Assembly: GCF_000143415.4 (NCBI RefSeq)
Contig: NW_003314307.1
Coordinates: 308,173 to 372,172, forward strand
Length of the DNA stretch: 64,000 nucleotides
Reading direction: 5' to 3'
Origin: Selaginella moellendorffii
Lineage: Eukaryota; Plantae; Lycopodiophyta
The notes beneath the pieces were generated by a model that was not told the origin of the DNA, made no database searches, and was given only the letters and a program-made list of their open reading frames with translations. Below are positions 63,913-64,000 of this stretch, piece by piece. Position 1 is the first letter of the stretch; every line of letters begins with the position of its first letter. The translations under genes and the position numbers were made by a program.

Positions 63913-64000
63913 GCTTATAATGGCGTGTGCCCTCATGCCATTTACTTGATCACCAAATACCTTTTTCCCTTTGCACTAGTATATCTTAATACCGGTCTGT

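Larger units (their letters stand above)
51260..64000. mobile_element. Large DNA transposon-like element (DUF7869/Sola1-like transposase plus cargo gene); right end not identified
   Basis: Interrupts the Gypsy gag region; carries two divergent genes; an element-specific 22-bp palindrome occurs throughout. Confidence 0.7.

Noticed and set aside
51358-63941. Palindromic repeats as a CRISPR array
   Set aside because: Irregular spacing, located in introns and exons, no cas genes, eukaryotic context
63920-63980. Hairpin plus CTAGT as a Helitron 3' end, or CACTA as a terminus
   Set aside because: The hairpin is just another copy of the dispersed palindrome and is too far from CTAG; no Rep/helicase; no matching left terminus found

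Overview
Compact land-plant genomic DNA with many ~50-60 nt introns, a SAS-6 centriole gene and a PWO-type gene. This fits a lycophyte such as Selaginella (inference). Layout: (1) 1-8 kb, a minus-strand non-autonomous LTR element with minisatellite-bearing LTRs, inserted into an older inverted LTR of the same family. (2) 8-11 kb, decayed fragments of a Harbinger transposase, a COI1-like gene, an LTR and phospholipase D. (3) 11.8-33.3 kb, host genes: HIR, GH17 glucanase, a conserved Lys-rich protein, NAT10, an NLR pseudogene, MED30, SAS-6, PWO-like and EMB1703-like. (4) 33.4-42 kb, a local segmental duplication with an NLR pseudogene split by a rearranged Copia element, then a PhoD-like phosphatase. 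(5) 42.9-51.3 kb, an AT-eroded Gypsy relic and a younger chromovirus. (6) 51.3-64 kb, a large DNA transposon-like element with two divergent genes. One is a DUF7869/Sola1-like DDE transposase. The other is a ~1,600-aa multi-exon gene joining a ParB/Srx-like domain, a degenerate DNA-methyltransferase-like domain and an FCP1/NIF HAD phosphatase. About 25 copies of a 22-bp palindrome (ATGGCRTGWGGCCWCAYGCCAT) are spread through this element and I saw none outside it. This ParB-like protein plus parS-like palindrome arrangement is the best candidate for an undescribed system.
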